Of a stretch of 64,000 nt of DNA, positions 13,346 to 24,185 are shown in pieces. The notes below the pieces were generated by a model. That model saw nothing but the letters and a program-made list of their open reading frames with translations, did no database searches and was not told the origin of the DNA. The stretch is from Balanoglossus misakiensis. Lineage: Eukaryota; Animalia; Hemichordata. Made by a program: the position numbers and the translations under genes. The DNA is taken from the NCBI GenBank assembly GCA_040954595.2, contig CM082585.2, positions 1,364,318 to 1,428,317 on the forward strand, read 5' to 3'. Each line of letters begins with the position of its first letter. Within the stretch, counting starts at the first letter, position 1.

Positions 13346-16300
13346 ATGGATATAGATATCCCATCTCTTAGAGCCAAGGGCGAAGCACTTCAATTTGAGG
13401 GTGCAGAGCTCACTAAATTTGTTCAAGATGCATATAAAGAGGCTTGTATAGCTCAAAAAGAGCAGCAAGCAATCTTGAAACAGAAGGCAGATGAAGAAAG
13501 AGAGGAACGTATAGCTAGGAGGGAATTTGAAAAACAAAAACTTGCTATTGAAGGTGAACGACAAAAAAATGCTATTGAAGAACTTAAATTAACTCAGAAA
13601 CATGAATTGGATATGAGGGCTTTGCAATATAACATAGAACAGAAAAAGGAGGTGGGCTCCCAAATAAAATCTTCACTTTCTCCCTTTGCTACTAAACTTC
13701 CCAAGTTGCCAGAATTTCAGCAGGGTGATGATATGGATGCTTTCATCAATCGCTTTGAAACTTTTGCTGAAAATAGTAAATGGCCAGAGGACACATGGGG
13801 TATGGGGTTTAGTGCATTGCTTTCTGGAAAAGCTCTTTTTGTTTACAATTCAATAGATCGGGATAAGACCAAAAATTGGCAGGAGGTTAAACAAACGCTC
13901 TTGTTAGCTTATAATTTAACAGAGACTGGGTACCGTGATAAATTTCGTCAAGAAAAGCAGGGTAAATATGAAACAGCTAAGCAATATGTGGTGAGACTTA
14001 GCAATTATTTGACTAGGTGGATTGATCTTTCTGGCATTGACAAATCGGTGGAAGGCCTAATAGACTTGATGATGCGGGAACAGTACTTAAGTATGTGTAG
14101 TTCTGATTTGAATGTGTTTCTCAAGGAACATGCATGCAAAAATGTATATGAACTAGCCACTCTTGCAGATCACTACAGTGAGGCTAGACAAAGTACTGGG
14201 TCCCAAAATCGGGTAGTCAATGTCCCTAAATCCAAACCGTCAGGCAATACCTCACAGGCAGGTGTAGGGTCCCAGTCCAAACCATTTAAGAAACCTGTGT
14301 GCCATCGCTGTAGAAAGCCTGGACACAAGGTAGCTCAATGTTATGCCAAGAGGGATGTAGATGGTAAACTTTTAACAATTGCCTCTTGTTTCGAATGTAA
14401 TAGTAAGAACAAAGGTCAGAATAAATCAACAGAGTCGGTAGCTGCTTGTATTTGCTTACCTAAACAACCCTGTCCACATGAACATGATTCACATCTTGAG
14501 CTTAAATGTGGACGCGTCATACCAATTACAGGTATGATGAGTATTGAATTGAACAAAGTTCTTAATGGAACATCTATGCCCATTGTTGAAGGCACTGTTA
14601 ATGGCCAAGCTGTTAAAATACTTAGAGATACAGGATGTAGTGGTGTTGTTATTCGTGCTAGCCTGGTAACACCCACTCAGTTTATAGATGAAAAGCGTAC
14701 TTGTGTATTAATTGATGGTACGTATATACGTGCTGCTATGGCAGTATTAAACGTACGCACACCATACTATACTGGCCAGATAAAAGCAGTGTGTATGGAG
14801 TCTCCTTTATGTGATTTAGTCATAGGGAACATAGACGGTGCCAGAGAGCCCGGTGACCCTGATTACACTCAGTGTGAAATTGTGGGGATGACTACCCAGA
14901 ACAATGAGGTCAGAGGTAGCCAAATATGTAGTCCTGAAAGTCAAAAGGTTGGTCAACAATCAGAAGTTTCCTCAACACTTGGTAAAGTAGGGACGAACCA
15001 AATTACACTAGTCTCTGAGAGGCAGGAAACTGGGGAACCATCTGAAGTTCATCCAGTGCCTGTCCGTGAGGAGATAGTTAATAATATGTCAGTTTCTGAG
15101 AGTCAGGATGCTGGGGAACCGTCTGTTCTTTTGGCTCCTGTCCGTTTAAGGACTGACCTAGTTGAATCAGATCTTGAGAGGCAGAATGGTGGGGAACAGT
15201 TTTCTAGTTTCACGGCACCTGTCGCCGAGGATGCTGATAATAATAACACCAAGGTTGCATTACCAGAGAGCGGTGGAAATTCTGTGTGTTTACAAAACCC
15301 TGGTAATGGGGTAGCCGATTTTATACAAGGGGTTGAGACTAGGTCTCAGACTCAGACCCGTAAGAAACCTTTTCGGCCCATGATAGTACCAGAGTTTAAG
15401 TCTACTGAGGTGCAAGTTACGGTAGAGACATTTAAAACGGCTCAGCAAAGTGATCCTAATTTAAAACGTGCACATGATTTGGCTGAAAAGGGAAAGGAGA
15501 TAGCTACAGGTAAATCAAATGTGACAAGTTTTCATATAAGAAAGGGATTACTTTATCGAACATTTCGATCTCCCAAAACCAACTGTGGGGGAGAGGTTAC
15601 ACAATTAGTTGTTCCCACAAAATTTAGAGCTGCAGTAATGAAGCTGGGACATGATTCAATCTTGGCGGGTCATTTGGGTACTCAGAAGACTATCGAGAGA
15701 ATACTCACACAATTTTATTGGCCTGCTATGCATGACGATATAAAAAGATACTGTCAGTCCTGTGATATTTGTCAACGCACTACGCCTAAGGGTAAAATGG
15801 GTAAGGTTCCCTTAGGAACCATGCCGTTAATCGACACTCCCTTTAAAAGAGTGGCCGTAGACTTGGTGGGTCCTATTGAACCCCGGACTGATAGAGGAAA
15901 TAAATATATTCTGACTCTTGTTGATTACGCCACCCGATATCCTGAAGCAACACCCCTTAAATATATTACTGCTGAGTCAGTAGCAGAAGCTTTAGTTAAT
16001 ATATATAGTCGGGTGGGAATTCCAGAACAAGTTTTGTCTGATTTAGGTACACAGTTCGTTGCAGGGATAATGAAAGAAGTAAGTAGACTCTTGTCCATTC
16101 GACAATTGACTACAACCCCTTATCACCCACAATGCAATGGGCTCGTCGAACGTTTTAATGCTATGCTTAAGGGTATGCTAAAACGTATGTGCAGTGAGCG
16201 TCCAAAAGATTGGGACCGCTATATAGCACCTTTGCTATTTGCGTATCGTGAGGCCCCTCAGGAAAGTTTAGGATTTTCGCCGTTCGAGTTGTTGTATGGT

Positions 16301-18226
16301 AGAACAGTACGAGGTCCCATGACCATATTACGAGAACTTTGGACGTCAGAAATTTCAAATCCTGAAATAAAATCTACCTATGAATATGTACTTGATCTTA
16401 GAGATAGGCTTGAACAGACCTGCAAAATGGCTCAAGTAGAGTTGTCTAAATCACAGGCAAGATACAAACGCCACTTTGATAAAAGGACCAAGCCTAGAAC
16501 CTTTAAAGTGGATGATGAAGTCCTACTGCTTTTGCCTACCAGTCAGGATAAATTGCGTATGCAATGGCAAGGGCCCTACCTAGTTAGACAGAGGGTGGGT
16601 GCAGTAGATTACAGGGTGGATAAGGACGGGAAGTTAAAACTGTATCATGCCAATATGCTTAAGAAGTATGAAATGAGAGAAAAACCAAAATTGGATTCTT
16701 CAGGGTTATTCCAATTAGTGGCTACTGGATTAATAGAAGGTCAGGACACAGACCCTGGGGTGGACGACCCCGAGTATCCCTCTGAATTAATTCCATGTGT
16801 TCCACTAATAGGAGAGGAAACCATTGAGGATGTACAAATAGGGCCGGATTTGTCTAAACAGCAAGTCAGTGAAGTTAAGCAAATCCTTAGAAAATTTGCA
16901 AATACACTGACGGATGCGCCAGGAAAGTCAAATGTGGGTCAACATGATATTGAATTAATATCAGAACATCCTGTAAGACTCAAGCCCTATCCCACTCCAT
17001 TTGCAGTTAGGGAACAAATTCGCCAAGAACTCCAAAGTATGATTGAATTAGATGTCATTGAAAAGTCTGAATCTCCATATGCTGCTCCTATAGTCCTAAT
17101 TAAAAAGAAGGATGGTAAGATTCGGTTCTGCACTGATTTCAGAGAAGTGAACAAGATTACTGTTTTCGATGCTGAACCGATGCCAAACCCAGAGGAACTT
17201 TTTGCTCAATTGGCAGGTAGCCAATATTTCACCAAAATTGACCTCACTAAAGGATTTTGGCAAATTCCTTTAACTGAAAGATCAAAGAAAGTTACTGCGT
17301 TCTTAACTCCATGGGGACTATATCAGTACAAAGTTATGCCTTTTGGTTTGGTAAATAGTCCTGCAACATTTTCTAGGACGATGAGAACCATTCTTCAGGG
17401 CTTAGAAGAGAGAGTTTTAAATATAGTAGATGATATCTTAATTCATACTGCATTGTGGAGAGAACACCTGAATAGTGTTATTGAAGTTTTTGAACGCCTA
17501 GCGAGGGCGTGTGTCACTGCTAAACCAAGCAAGTGCTTTGTGGGTTTTTTTCAATTGGAGTTTGTCGGACACTTGGTGGGTCAGGGGTGGCTGGGAACAA
17601 CGTCAGCAAAAGTAAAAGCTTTACTTGATACGCCACGACCTTTGACTATCACTCAGGTGAGGTCATTTGTTGGTTTGGCTAGCTACTACCGGAAATTTGT
17701 CCCAAACTTTGCTGCCATTGCCTCACCACTCCATGATCTCACTAGAAAGGGACAACCTAAAATGGTGATATGGGAAAAATCTCACCAGTTAGCTTTTGAG
17801 CAATTGAAGAGTATCCTCAGTCAACGACCAATATTGAAATTACCGGATTTTGACAAAACCTTTGTACTTCGCACAGATGCATCTGATGTGGGTCTGGGGG
17901 CGGTTTTAATCCAATATCATAATGATGAAGCCTTTCCTGTTGCTTATGCTAGCCGAAAGATAAATAAGGCTGAATTGCATTATTCTGTGATAGAGAAGGA
18001 GTGTTTGGCCTTGATTTGGGGATTGCGGAAATTTCAGCAATATCTTCATGGTAAAGAATTCTGGATTGAGACTGACCATAAACCATTGGTTTATTTGACT
18101 CAAGCTAGAATGGAAAATAATAGGTTAATGCGGTGGGCACTGTATTTACAGTCCTTCAAATATCGTATAATTGCTATTAAGGGCAATCACAATATTGGCG
18201 CTGACTATCTGAGTAGAAGTGCCTAG
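13346..18226 (+). CDS. Gag-Pol polyprotein, order SCAN-like capsid / CCHC knuckle / protease / integrase / RT / RNase H
   Basis: 1626-aa open frame. Knuckle CHRCRKPGHKVAQC; protease LRDTGCS; integrase HDSILAGH...CQSCDIC, VAVDLVGP, SDLGTQF, NGLVERFN, WQGPY; RT KIDLTKGFWQ, MPFGLVNSPATF, IVDD; RNase H TDASDVG, EKECLA, TDHKPL, ADYLSR. Confidence 0.97.
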   Translation: MDIDIPSLRAKGEALQFEGAELTKFVQDAYKEACIAQKEQQAILKQKADEEREERIARREFEKQKLAIEGERQKNAIEELKLTQKHELDMRALQYNIEQKKEVGSQIKSSLSPFATKLPKLPEFQQGDDMDAFINRFETFAENSKWPEDTWGMGFSALLSGKALFVYNSIDRDKTKNWQEVKQTLLLAYNLTETGYRDKFRQEKQGKYETAKQYVVRLSNYLTRWIDLSGIDKSVEGLIDLMMREQYLSMCSSDLNVFLKEHACKNVYELATLADHYSEARQSTGSQNRVVNVPKSKPSGNTSQAGVGSQSKPFKKPVCHRCRKPGHKVAQCYAKRDVDGKLLTIASCFECNSKNKGQNKSTESVAACICLPKQPCPHEHDSHLELKCGRVIPITGMMSIELNKVLNGTSMPIVEGTVNGQAVKILRDTGCSGVVIRASLVTPTQFIDEKRTCVLIDGTYIRAAMAVLNVRTPYYTGQIKAVCMESPLCDLVIGNIDGAREPGDPDYTQCEIVGMTTQNNEVRGSQICSPESQKVGQQSEVSSTLGKVGTNQITLVSERQETGEPSEVHPVPVREEIVNNMSVSESQDAGEPSVLLAPVRLRTDLVESDLERQNGGEQFSSFTAPVAEDADNNNTKVALPESGGNSVCLQNPGNGVADFIQGVETRSQTQTRKKPFRPMIVPEFKSTEVQVTVETFKTAQQSDPNLKRAHDLAEKGKEIATGKSNVTSFHIRKGLLYRTFRSPKTNCGGEVTQLVVPTKFRAAVMKLGHDSILAGHLGTQKTIERILTQFYWPAMHDDIKRYCQSCDICQRTTPKGKMGKVPLGTMPLIDTPFKRVAVDLVGPIEPRTDRGNKYILTLVDYATRYPEATPLKYITAESVAEALVNIYSRVGIPEQVLSDLGTQFVAGIMKEVSRLLSIRQLTTTPYHPQCNGLVERFNAMLKGMLKRMCSERPKDWDRYIAPLLFAYREAPQESLGFSPFELLYGRTVRGPMTILRELWTSEISNPEIKSTYEYVLDLRDRLEQTCKMAQVELSKSQARYKRHFDKRTKPRTFKVDDEVLLLLPTSQDKLRMQWQGPYLVRQRVGAVDYRVDKDGKLKLYHANMLKKYEMREKPKLDSSGLFQLVATGLIEGQDTDPGVDDPEYPSELIPCVPLIGEETIEDVQIGPDLSKQQVSEVKQILRKFANTLTDAPGKSNVGQHDIELISEHPVRLKPYPTPFAVREQIRQELQSMIELDVIEKSESPYAAPIVLIKKKDGKIRFCTDFREVNKITVFDAEPMPNPEELFAQLAGSQYFTKIDLTKGFWQIPLTERSKKVTAFLTPWGLYQYKVMPFGLVNSPATFSRTMRTILQGLEERVLNIVDDILIHTALWREHLNSVIEVFERLARACVTAKPSKCFVGFFQLEFVGHLVGQGWLGTTSAKVKALLDTPRPLTITQVRSFVGLASYYRKFVPNFAAIASPLHDLTRKGQPKMVIWEKSHQLAFEQLKSILSQRPILKLPDFDKTFVLRTDASDVGLGAVLIQYHNDEAFPVAYASRKINKAELHYSVIEKECLALIWGLRKFQQYLHGKEFWIETDHKPLVYLTQARMENNRLMRWALYLQSFKYRIIAIKGNHNIGADYLSRSA

Positions 18227-18371
18227 AGATTTTGAGAATTTTCTAGAGATTTTGAGAATTTTGTAGTGATAGTTCAGAGTTTTTTTCTTAGTAATTTAAA
18301 ATACTGATAATAGTAGTGTAAGTTGTGATGTAAACCACCAACATATGGGTTTTCATCTGGGTTGGGAGGTT

Positions 18372-19528
18372 TGTCACACTATCTTTTGTTATTTTAAATT
18401 ATTTATATGATGGCATTAGATAGGTTTATTAAGATGGCATTAGTTTGATTGCAATTAACCTATGTACAGCTTATTAAGAAAAACAAAAGAAGCTATCTAG
18501 AGGGCAGAACTTCAACTTGTCAATCATCACCCCATATTAGCTCCATTGAGATGCTAATGATGAGTATAAAAGGGACACCCAGCTTGAAATACGGGCAGTA
18601 CAAATCAAGATCTGAGGTACTCACAACATCTGGCTATAGTGCAACAATGAAGTGATGATGTGGCAGACTACCATGTGCTGTTGAAATTGGTTCAATATAC
18701 AAGGACATGCTCTACTTCAAGCGAACAGTGCTGGACTAACAGAAATTGCTGGACATCGCCGTGCCATCGTGTTATGTCGCCTGAAGTTCTGTGAAAGCAA
18801 CGTTGTGTCTATATCTCTACCAGAACTGACTTTCTACGACGGAGAAGACGCGCGCGAGCCATTGCAGTTTACCGGTAACGTTCGTACACACACGCCTTAG
18901 AATAGGACTGAGCTAAATGCCATCACAGTTTATTTAATCTTTTATTGTTAATATTATAAACTTCACTGCAGTTATTGAATTATTTTCCTGTGACTAGCGC
19001 CAGTTAAATGTGTGCTTGGTGACTAGCTCGTGTAGAGTATATTTCATCATTGTCAAGTTTGCATTGCAAAGGTTATTGCATTTATTACTCTTGTTTTCCC
19101 AAATTCACACAACCAGCACTAGGCTATACCATATGCTCTGTGTGTTTTACCAATTATATGATTGATAGGCTGCACAGTGCTGTCGGAGTCAACAAGTGCT
19201 GGTGGTGGATTTGGGTGTATATATGTATATTATTTATTATGGTTAAGCTATCAGGTGAATAAATATACTTTCACTTGAATATTGTGTTGTGCTCACTGTA
19301 AAACCTTTGACCTACTACCTTGTTATCCTGGGCCGGTGAAACGTACCCGATTTACAAACACGTGTTTCTATCACATTTGATTCTGACCTGAAGTATTGCC
19401 AACATTAAGCTATCATCAAATAGTTATTTGAGTAAAGTTTTGGCTTCATTTTGGTTAGGTAAAAGAACTCACATCACAATTGCTCGTGTTAACTTTGGTT
19501 GACTGTTTATAGCGCGAACATTGTGACA
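18372..19528 (+). repeat. 3' LTR
   Basis: Direct copy of 11659-12815, preceded by the weak PPT-like GGGTTGGGAGG and followed by the TSD GGTGG. Confidence 0.97.
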
Positions 19529-19599
19529 GGTGGTGTGGCAAGTAGTCTGCCCTTGTACACTAGACAAACCAGGCAATAAATGAAATGTAGCGAAGAATG

Positions 19600-19836
19600 G
19601 AGGGGTGGGTGTGGGATGGGGTGTCCCCCTCCCATATTAGAAAATCTTGTAAAATTAAGGGCGCGAAACTGCAATTTTGTGGACTCAAAGCAAAAGTTTT
19701 GCGGCAAAAGTATGTGACCCCCTAAACGTTTAAAAAAAAAGATTACCCCCACTTTCGGACTTCAAAATTTAAGTGACCCCCCCCCCCCCTGGATTTTGCC
19801 GCCCCACCCGGCCGTAAAAACTGAATGGTCCCTTAC
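19600..19836. mobile_element. Fragment of a G/C-tract-rich non-autonomous DNA element
   Basis: GGGGTGTCCCCCTCCC motif, a C-run and a terminal-like ...AAAAACTGAATGGTCCCTTA. A similar C-run end (...TGTGAATGCAGCCTA) lies at 21640-21816. Partner ends were not found. Confidence 0.35.
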
Positions 19837-21112
19837 CCATATACGCGACTTCCATTAATAAATTTGAAGAATAAGAGATCCTCTCCGTAAATAGGCCTTT
19901 TTGGGGGTCAAAACTACCGAAAGAAGACCCTGCCCCAACTCCCCTTTAAACCAACTAATTCACACCGGGTTAGTTTTGTTTCTTTCATATTTGAATGAGA
20001 ATTAAAATGCCGCAGGAAATTCTGCTGGCGTCCTTAGGATACGAGATCGGGAACTTTCAAAAGTTCCGCAGAATATACCCCAAGAGGGCGCTGTTGCTGA
20101 CCTTCGACCCGTTTCCTTTGACCAGTTCTGTGTCTTCGTTGTAAACACATGTGTGACACGCAGGCTAGAGAATCTGCCAGTTTTTTCTGTCGTCAACTCC
20201 AATGTCGCCTTTTCTATGGACGTTAGTTGGCCAGTGTTTGTTACACATCCAGGACGGTGTCATATTTCTCTGAAAGAATAGCGGAAAACATGCAAAGCCA
20301 AGGAGCGAGCAAGTACCAGCTGTTTTCTGCAAGTCATGGGTTCAGGCCCCCCACACTGTCCACCATCATTATTCCTATATACAGATTTGGCGGAGTGAGT
20401 ATTGAAACATTACAGTATTTAGTGTGTTTTAAGATATCACTGATAGTTTTCACGACTTAATGTGTGGGTAGAATCACATTCATCGCGATAACGTTACTCT
20501 AGTCCCCTGATTCAGTCCGTAAACAAGGTAAGCTTGAGACATGGACGATCGACAATCAGTTTCCGCTGTTGATTTCGCCCTATCGCAACTTAGTAACTGG
20601 GGCCGAGTGATGCTCCATTATTTAAAGTTCATGACTATTGACACCAATTGCAAAATATCAATGTTAAGGCGTGCTTTCAGAGAATATTCAACCAGAAAAC
20701 CGACAACAATTGATGACCTCATGTGACCTTTACTGGTTGAATCAGGCGACCACTGCAGTGTGATTCCAACGTTTGTGGGAAGACCACAGGGAGCTCTTCC
20801 TCCTGCTTTGCAGTGTGTGTGTGTGTTTGTTTAATATAAAAATGTGTGACAAAAATATGTATGTTTACAAATATTGTCAAGATTGTTTGTTTGTTGAGAG
20901 GTTAAGGGGAGTAACCCTTTCTGTTCAATATACCCACAAAGGTGAACAAATTTGTAAACAAACATATTTTTCACAGAGTAGTTTTATTATATCCGCATTG
21001 CATCCAGCATGATCGCAGAAAACATCACCAATAAACCAAAATTGGAGTTGATGGCTTGGCTTTATTTGGGACTATCATTGTTTGGTTATAGTCCATGGGC
21101 CAGAGACCGACA

Positions 21113-22615
21113 TGTAGTCATGCAGAATTAATTTTATGTGTTCTAAATAATTATTTTAGCTTATCTTTGTTGGAAATAATTTTGCCAACATCTCGAATTA
21201 TTTTTACGTGTAGACTCGAATTAATTTCAGGTGTAGTGTCGAATTAATATCACGTGTTTTGTCGAATTAATTTCACGTGTTGTGTCGAATTAATTTTACA
21301 TTGTGTCAAATTAATATTGCCCCCACAATCCTTTGCGCTTAAATCAAGATGGCGGCGGCTGAGCATGTCTTTCTCGCCGCATAAAGTTCGAAAAAGGGGC
21401 CGTTGTACAAGTTGTGAGACGTTTTGGGGGGAATTCAATGTTTTTAATTATTTTTTGTAGTCATGCAGAAATAATTTTATGTGTTCTAAATAATTATTTT
21501 AGCTTATCTTTGTTAGAAATAATTTTGCCAACATATCGAATTCTTTTTACGTGTAGACTTGAATTAATTACAGGTGTAGTGTCGAATTAATATCATCTTT
21601 TACAAGATAGATAGGTGATGTGTTTTGCTCTGTGAAAGAAAATGGAGGGGGAGGGTGTTTAAAATTTTGGCAGTTCGGAAGGGGGATTTGTAAATATTTC
21701 GGGTTGTGTCGGGGGGAGGGGGGGGGCATGTGAAAATTAGCGGTAAAATTTTTTAATTCTCTCGCCCACCCCCCCCCCCCCCCCCACCCTCCAATGGTGT
21801 TTGTGAATGCAGCCTACAGAGGAGGTGGAGACTTCGGGGTCTGCCCCTTTACTATCTATGCCCCACACCCTATCTTATCAGTTGTAAATCTAGAATGCAA
21901 GCTATCATTAAATATGGTTATGTAGAGAGAGACTTTGTCTTTTTAATTTAAATTTATTTAAACAAAACTTGAGTTTACAAGGAAATTTTAAGGAATATTT
22001 TATTCGCCGTTTCCTGGGATCTGGGCCCTACAGCTATTTCTTAGTTCTGAAAATAACAAATTAACACAATTTTTGTATGTTCAGATGTCAAAATTTATTC
22101 AATCAAGGCGAATTGGCAACGCGGGGCAACAGCTTGCTCTGTGTACAGGTCTGTGTGTTCCCGCCATGACACGGCCTCCACGCCAAGAACACTGTACGCA
22201 GAGCTGGGCTATACCATAGCAAGGCTGGCGATTACACCAACTGGTAGTGGTTTTGAGTGGTTTGACTAGAAAATTCTGTCTGTAGACCAAAACTCGTGGA
22301 CCGATCGCCGTTTTCGAGCACACTGCATTTATATTGGACAGCAAATCGCCCCAAAACGTTTCACAACTTGTACAACGGCCCCTTTTTTAACTTTATGCGG
22401 CGAGAAAGACATGCTCAGCCGCCGCCATCTTGATTTACGCGCAAAGGATTGTAAGGGCAATATTATTTGACAACGTGAAATTAATTCGACACAACACGTG
22501 AAATTAATTCGAGTCTACACATAAAAATAATTCGAGATGTTGGCAGAATTATTTCTAACAAAGATAAGCTAAAATAATTATTTAGAACACATAAAATTAA
22601 TTCTGCATGACTACA
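21113..22615. mobile_element. Foldback-like inverted repeat pair (~300-bp arms) with internal ~22-bp subrepeats
   Basis: 21113-21432 is the reverse complement of 22348-22615 (both contain AATCAAGATGGCGGCGGCTGAGCATGTCTTTCTCGCCGCATAAAG). 21456-21595 is a direct copy of 21113-21252. Confidence 0.8.
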
Positions 22616-23830
22616 AAAAAATAATTAAAGCACATAAAAAATAATTCTATATACTGGTAAAATTAATTCTAACATGTTTTATTAATAAACTACAATTTTG
22701 ACCAGAACGGGCCCTCATAGATACCGGTAGTACATGTAACTTTGGGTGTTTTTCTCAATGTTTATAATGTGTTTTGATTGCCTGTTCTACTTGTTTCTGA
22801 ACATAGTTAAAGCTTCATTAGCTGTAACTTTTCACTTTGTTTTCAGTATTTTTGTTTTAAGTATTTACTGCAGTGTCTTCTTCAGATCCCTGAATCATGA
22901 TGAAATATAGGTGTGTCTGTTCAGTATTGTTATTGTGAATTTGAATTCAAGTCTGGACTAGAATTCATTTCAATAGCCGTTACACACATACAGGTTATGC
23001 TGACAAGTGGAGTTCTGTGTAGAGCATGTGTAACAGTTAATGTCCCTTTAAATATCACATACATACATCTGTCTAGTTTTGTACATGCAACTCACACGTA
23101 TGTTATATTTATTGATTGACTGTCAAATATCATCCTGTTGTTTGATTAAATGTAAATGTTGTATGTTGTAGAATAGAAAGCACAATTCTTCTAGTTCCAT
23201 AGATATCAGTGCTCATTTTAAAGCTGAAAGTGACATTTTCAACACTAAATGCAAGGAAATGTAACTAAATATTTTAATTTTGCAGTCAAAATGCAACACA
23301 GTCAGCTCCGAACTGCATTTAAAATCCAAACACATGGTGTTATATTCTTGGTAATAAGCAAAGATCTGTATCCTATCCACAAAGTATATATCATACACAC
23401 AGTATTATCTTAATAACTATAATACAGCTATGAAATTGCTAGAAACATTGTAATATTTGGATGAATTTAAAGAAAAATAATTATATTTATATTAACAGTA
23501 TGTAAAAGTTACGAAGATTTAGCGTTGAATGATGTTGTGATGTCTGTAAGAGCTGTTCCAATACAAGGTGAACGAATTTCAAAACCTTTTGTTCAATCAA
23601 CCTTTCTACTGACCTGTGATTCCAAAAGTTATTGAAATATCATTACACATTTACCTGTATATAGTGCAGACTATAAATAGAGCACACTCTGGAAAGGAGT
23701 TATGTAATTAATATCTCTATCATGTGAGTGACATCATTTTAAGGGCCACTGACCACCCCACCTGTGACAATTTGCTAGGGGGTGCGAACATCTCAACAGG
23801 AGGTGAATCCCTCCATGCCATGTCTGGGTA

Positions 23831-23832
<2 letters not shown>

Positions 23833-23865
<33 letters not shown>

Positions 23866-23926
23866 CTTTCATTCATTCATTCAGTGAGTCAGTCAGTTAG
23901 TCAGTCAGTCAGTCCGTCAGTCAGTC
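23833..23926. repeat. Compound microsatellite (GATT)n-(CATT)n-(CAGT)n
   Basis: Directly visible tetranucleotide runs. Confidence 0.9.
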
Positions 23927-24185
23927 ATATTAATTAATTCATTAAGGCATATAAACGATATAGCTAGCCTATTGTGATAGGAATGGGCTAACACCCTTGT
24001 CATATAAACTTTGGCGAAGCGATCCCAAGCTCAGCTAAGGTAGATGGGAGGGACCTGAATCACATGTGCCCATCATAATGAAAGCTGCCAACCCTCTTAG
24101 AATGATACTACGGCCTATACGTTGATCACCTGATCGCATCGCCCTGTCACACTTGGCTATGGGCTACTGTTCATGTATGATAAAG

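Larger units (their letters stand above)
11659..19528 (+). mobile_element. Full-length Gmr1-like Ty3/gypsy LTR retrotransposon (7870 bp)
   Basis: Two 1157-bp LTRs offset by 6713 bp with TGTCACA...TGTGACA termini; 5-bp TSD GGTGG at 11654-11658 and 19529-19533; PBS; single gag-pol ORF with integrase upstream of RT. Confidence 0.97.

Noticed and set aside
16560-18226. Chromodomain or env gene in the LTR element
   Set aside because: No chromodomain motif follows GPY, and only about 145 bp separate the stop codon from the 3' LTR.
20541-20726. ORF MDDRQSVSAVDFALSQLSNWG as MED25 exon 1
   Set aside because: The resemblance to ADVVFVIEGTANLG is too weak and there is no convincing splice donor.
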